From the sequence record MF807953: a stretch of 44,708 bases of DNA; one strand, 5' to 3'. Below, piece by piece: positions 44,641 through 44,708 of the stretch. Position numbers and translations under genes: made by a program. Source of the DNA: Escherichia phage Ayreon. A model generated the notes under the pieces. That model was not told the DNA's origin. It ran no database searches and saw nothing but the letters and a program-made list of their open reading frames with translations. Each line of letters opens with the position of its first letter. Within the stretch, counting starts at the first letter, position 1.

Positions 44641-44708
44641 ATGGTGTCGATTTTGATTGTTTTTTGTTCACCACTAACACCGTTTGCCTAAAGTTGTTCG
44701 CAAGATGC

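Noticed and set aside
44560-44708. Cohesive end (cos) site at the window termini
   Set aside because: The lambda cosN sequence GGGCGGCGACCT is not present and I cannot define termini from sequence alone; only a terminator-like inverted repeat is visible.

Overview
The window is a near-complete lambdoid temperate phage/prophage genome (about 44.7 kb), with essentially every gene phage-like and no host genes recognised. Layout: DNA packaging and head module (26-6989, + strand), a lambda-type tail module from gpZ through gpJ with lom and a mosaic side tail fibre (7001-22935), an AT-rich accessory region (23100-25620), a P4-type tyrosine integrase followed by a low-GC 711-aa cargo gene with a C-terminal CHAT/caspase-like protease signature (25623-29106), a leftward early operon from excisionase to a CI-like repressor (29214-33639, - strand), a rightward early operon from Cro-like through RusA to antiterminator Q (33730-40197), a lipoprotein moron bracketed by duplicated terminators, an orphan DNA methyltransferase, and a phage-21-type lysis cassette (42601-43777). 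The right end carries a chimeric scar built from copies of internal Q-gene and small-terminase sequence. The strongest candidate for an undescribed system is the CHAT-domain protein between int and xis; secondary candidates are a SieB-like membrane protein with an adjacent two-gene minus-strand module, a LexA DNA-binding-domain-only protein, and the lipoprotein moron. No tRNA, CRISPR array or IS element was recognised. All calls come from reading the six-frame translations and DNA by eye; similarities to lambda, phage 21 and E. coli prophage proteins are from memory and need database confirmation.
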